A stretch of DNA of 64,000 bases from contig OZ024740.1 of assembly GCA_964016885.1 (NCBI GenBank), positions 11,346,001 to 11,410,000 of the forward strand, read 5' to 3'. Under the pieces are notes generated by a model. It had not been told where the DNA came from, made no database searches, and saw nothing but the letters and a program-made list of their open reading frames with translations. Numbering within the stretch: the first letter of the stretch is position 1; every line of letters starts with the position of its first letter. Source of the stretch: Eledone cirrhosa (lineage: Eukaryota). This document shows, piece by piece, positions 60,463 through 64,000 of the stretch. A program made the position numbers and the translations under genes.

Positions 60463-60880
60463 GACGCTGCATGGCTGTGTGGTTAAGAAGTTCGTTTCAT
60501 AGTCGTGAGGTTCTAGGTTTGGTTCTACAGTGTGGCAGACCTGTCAACTTTTCCCGGGGTATTTGCAATAGCCTTTGGGGTGGGTAAGAGATGTCTTTTG
60601 TGAAAATGAGTACAGCTTTCATTATGTAAAATCTCCCCATTTTGGGGCACATTTTTCATGTTTGGGTTTTTAGAGGTTGACAGGTCTGCCATCTTGGGAA
60701 AGTGTCCTCCAGCTCTACTGTACCGTACTGAATCTCCCTGAGAATGACACTAATATTCACTTATTTTCACTCTAATAAAAGATGGACTACATGTGCAATT
60801 CAAACATCCAGCTTTGTCACGCTGAATTTCCTAGAGAATTGTGTTAAGGGTACCCATATTTGTGGCATATTTAACCAAAA
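60463..60880 (+). mobile_element. Degenerate tRNA-derived SINE, interrupted by a MITE
   Basis: A-box-like tggctgtgtggttaagaag, degenerate B-box region, cttgggaaagtgtc, and later gtcacgctgaatttcctagagaattgtgttaagggtac. Resembles octopus SINEs as recalled. Confidence 0.6.
60534..60690. mobile_element. MITE-like element, 157 bp, with perfect 15-bp terminal inverted repeats GGCAGACCTGTCAAC
   Basis: TIRs at 60534-60548 and 60676-60690 split the SINE motif gtgg|catcttggg. Target-site duplication is ambiguous. Confidence 0.75.
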
Positions 60881-60919
60881 TAAGCCAGATGAATTCTTCA
60901 ACACAACTGTATTACACAG

Positions 60920-61470
60920 AAAAATGGCAACCATCAACCACATAGATATAAAGGTAAAATATGTAATATCAGTCATAGATGAAATGAAACCAAATTAGCA
61001 GCTAGCCCTGATGGTCTCCCAGCAATCCTAAAAACCTGCAAGTGAACATTAGCAAAAACAATGCATATACTCTTACAAAGATTCCTTGCAAATGGTAAAC
61101 TAAAAAAAGGCATAATATATCCTATCTATAAAAGAGGAAGCAGAGTAGGTGCTAAAAACTACTGGCCTGTCTTCCTGACCTCACATACCAGCAAAGTCAT
61201 GGAACGAATCATCAGAAGGAAACTGATAATTTTGCCCAGGTAGAAGTTGTCTTACGCAGCTCTTACAGCATTATGACTGAATACTCAAAGAGTTGCTAGA
61301 CAGTTTGAACGTAGATGTGATATATCTTGACTTGTAAAAGCCTTGAACAAGGTTGATCATGGAACGAAATTCACAAACTACATAGCTGGATCACTAGGTG
61401 AATGGCTTCATGACTTCTCGAAAGAAGTGTCAATAACAAGAGGCATGTCCCAGAGAACTGTCTAGAGGTC
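60920..61470 (+). pseudogene. Degraded CR1-like LINE reverse-transcriptase fragment
   Basis: Translated motifs A.SPDGLPA.ILK, IYPIYKRGSR..AKNYWPVFLTSHTSKVMERII, GRSCLTQLL, VDVIYLD..KALNKVDH, with stops and frameshifts. Confidence 0.85.
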
Positions 61471-61614
61471 GCTACTGTAAAGAAACAACAGCACATGTTC
61501 GGCCATTCCCCTGTATCAAGAAAATGACAAGTTTTTTCCAAGGAAGCTTTTTGATTTTTTAATTTAAAGATTTGTTGAGGAACTTTGAATGTTTTCAAGT
61601 TTTTATAGGTTTTC

Positions 61615-61726
61615 CTGTCTGAAGAGCTCAGGCTGTCACAACTGATAGTTCTCAGTGAAATATGTATAACGTCTGAAGAGCTCAGGCTATCACAATTGAT
61701 AGTTCTCAGTGAACTATGTATAACAG
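61615..61726 (+). ncRNA. Two tandem 54-bp copies of a decayed minimal hammerhead (family I)
   Basis: CUGU CUGAAGA GCUcAGG CUAUCA CAAU UGAUAG uUCUcAGU GAAA UAUGUA UA^ ACAG; units 61617-61670 and 61671-61724. Stem III AUAUGUAU is one CpG transition from the palindrome AUACGUAU. The second copy has GAAC. Confidence 0.68.
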
Positions 61727-61789
61727 AGTTTTGAATAAACCTGAATCAACTGATTATGGCCCCCGATATTTTAATATTATATATATAAA

Positions 61790-61980
61790 GGGTGGTGAAT
61801 TGGCAGTATCGGTAGAGGGTCGGGTGCCGCCATGCTTTGACATATAGAGTTACGGCCCTTGGCATTCTGAGTTCAAATCCCGCTGAGGTTAACTTTGCCT
61901 TTCACCCTTACGGGGTCGATAAAATAAAGTACCATTGATGCACTGGAATAATTGCTGGCCTGGTGCCAAAAATAAAAACA
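61790..61980 (+). mobile_element. tRNA-derived SINE (octopus OR/CORE-type as recalled)
   Basis: A box tggcagtatcgg, B box gagttcaaatccc, central aactttgcctttcacccttacggggtcgataaaataaagtacca, tail ggcctggtgccaaaa. Confidence 0.72.
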
Positions 61981-62074
61981 ATTACTATATACATACATAT
62001 ATATATACATATATATATATGCACATACATATATATATATATATACACATACATATGTATATACAGACATATAT

Positions 62075-62363
62075 CTCTATATATAAAACTAATGTTGTCT
62101 GTGTGTGTGTGTCATCATTTTTGCAAAGTCTATACAAATCCACATTTCTACTCCAATTGACTTCAAACTTGCATTTATATATTCCTTGCGGTCTAAAGAT
62201 ACTAATTGCCACTTTTATTTTTCAATTTTCTGTTGTTAAAGGGGTGTTAGGCGTCGGTTATCGATCGCCGTCGAGCCCTTATAATATCTGTCTGTATGTC
62301 TGGCTGTCTGACTAACGACATTCTGACGAACACGTCATTGCTGACGTATTATCTTCGCTACAT

Positions 62364-62365
<2 letters not shown>
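62075..62365 (+). mobile_element. Possible non-autonomous Helitron-like remnant
   Basis: Starts TCTATATATAAAA..gtctgtgtg, then ccaattgacttcaaact, resembling invertebrate Helitron 5' ends. No clear 3' CTRR. Confidence 0.3.
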
Positions 62366-62440
<75 letters not shown>

Positions 62441-62457
62441 CTTATATATACATATAT

Positions 62458-62640
62458 ATCATCATCATCATCATCATCATCGTTTAACGTCCATCTTCCA
62501 CGCTTGCATGGATTTGGACGGGAAATTTTCCCACTTGAGGCAAGATTGGTTGTCTTGCTCGTGTAGGACTGTCTGGCGGGTTTTCTACGGCTGGATGCCC
62601 TTCCTAACACCAACCACATTTACAGTGTGGGGCTGGGAAC
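62458..62640 (-). mobile_element. SINE 3' half with RTE-like tail ending in (GAT)n
   Basis: Minus strand GGTTGGTGTTAGGAAGGGCATCCAGCCGTAGAAA central motif and tail ...gaagatggacgttaaacgatgatgat; recalled from mollusc SINEs. Confidence 0.65.
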
Positions 62641-62854
62641 TTTTTACCGTGTTACCTACACGGCCACATTACAGCATGGACTGTGTGTTTTTTTGTCGTG
62701 ACACCTACACGACCTCATTTGTTTCGGACTATATATACATATACACACACATATATACACATATACATATATACATATGCAAACATATACACATATATAG
62801 ATATACACATATACACATATATAAATATACACATAAAAATATATGTATATATAT

Positions 62855-62916
<62 letters not shown>

Positions 62917-62922
<6 letters not shown>

Positions 62923-63552
62923 TGCCCCCTCGTCATCGAGTATGGCTCTTGCACGAGAAAAAAAAAATATATATATATATATTAATAACAATAATAATGA
63001 TTTCATTTATTAGCCACAAGGGCCGACATAATAATAATAACAACAATAATAATAACGATAACAACAACAACAATAATAATATACATATATATATATATAC
63101 ACACACACGCACACACATAAACATATCTATACACACACACACACGATAGCAACTAACAGCGCTGCGATCGAATGTGGCTTTTTAGCCCAGCCAATGATCT
63201 AAAATGTCTTGCACTGAGTCGGGAACCAAAACATTCACTGGGAATAGTCGACTGTGGTTGGAGTTCGTGTACTTTTGCATGTCGCTTGAGCCCTCCTGCT
63301 GATTTACATTCTCTACCACATGTTTGGCAAGCATGATGAATAGCATCTCCAACTGCAGCCTGGTAGTCAACCACTGGTCCTACTTTATGACTGCGAAGAT
63401 GACTTTCGAGTCCAGCTTTGCTTAGGCAGAGTCTCGCACAGACGCTGCATGTCAGCACCATAGGAGGACCCTCACCGTCTGGAAGCAACAGCAATGCCCT
63501 TCCTCACATCCCGCTTTACTTTCTCGTATGCGATTCGAGATGCCTCAAAAGC

Positions 63553-63553
<1 letters not shown>
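62917..63553 (-). mobile_element. RTE-clade LINE 3' end: C-terminal C2H2-like repeats (63153-63553) and probable 3' terminus (62917-62957), split by microsatellites
   Basis: [18 protein letters not shown], then [42 protein letters not shown] and a degenerate third FRSLAGLKSHIRS. The CxxCxRxCxSxxGLxSHxRxH motif is typical of RTE/BovB ORF ends. Confidence 0.72.
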
Positions 63554-63879
<326 letters not shown>

Positions 63880-64000
63880 CGAAGGAAATGTGGTAAGGAA
63901 CCAGGTGGACCATAACGCACCAAAGTACTCAATACTTGAGGTAGTAGAGTGGGTAATAGGAACCAGTAAGACCCCGACAGCTGAGCTCAAGCCGTTTCGA

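Noticed and set aside
63153-63494. Host C2H2 zinc-finger gene
   Set aside because: It lacks TGEKP linkers, matches the RTE ORF C-terminal motif, is frameshifted, and is bounded by microsatellites.

Overview
Eukaryotic, repeat-only DNA with no supportable host gene. The SINE and microsatellite signatures suggest an octopus or other coleoid cephalopod (inference from recalled motifs). Bases 1-47.3 kb are one G/T-skewed satellite built from GGTAGTGAT(GTT)n(GGA), with ~2-kb higher-order repeats and a ~14.3-kb duplication; the many Leu/Val- or Thr/Asn-rich ORFs over it are artefacts. It grades into (GGTGAT)n and (GGT)n tracts at 47.4-48.8 kb. From 49.0 to 59.3 kb a (TA)n microsatellite is packed with insertions: a decayed Penelope-like element (PLE; RT plus C-terminal GIY-YIG) in three pieces and about eight unrelated short non-coding elements. 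Most are head-to-head inverted pairs with both 3' ends pointing outward into (TA)n, and most carry a minimal type I hammerhead ribozyme (HHR). I read about nine distinct HHR families by eye. Most have a palindromic stem III, two have a compensatory U3-A8 core and three have a non-U at position 4. In two retrozyme-like units (433 and 595 bp) one arm starts 9-11 nt after the predicted self-cleavage site. The last 4.5 kb holds SINE, MITE, CR1-like and RTE remnants plus a tandem HHR pair. All structures and coordinates were derived by eye and need computational confirmation.
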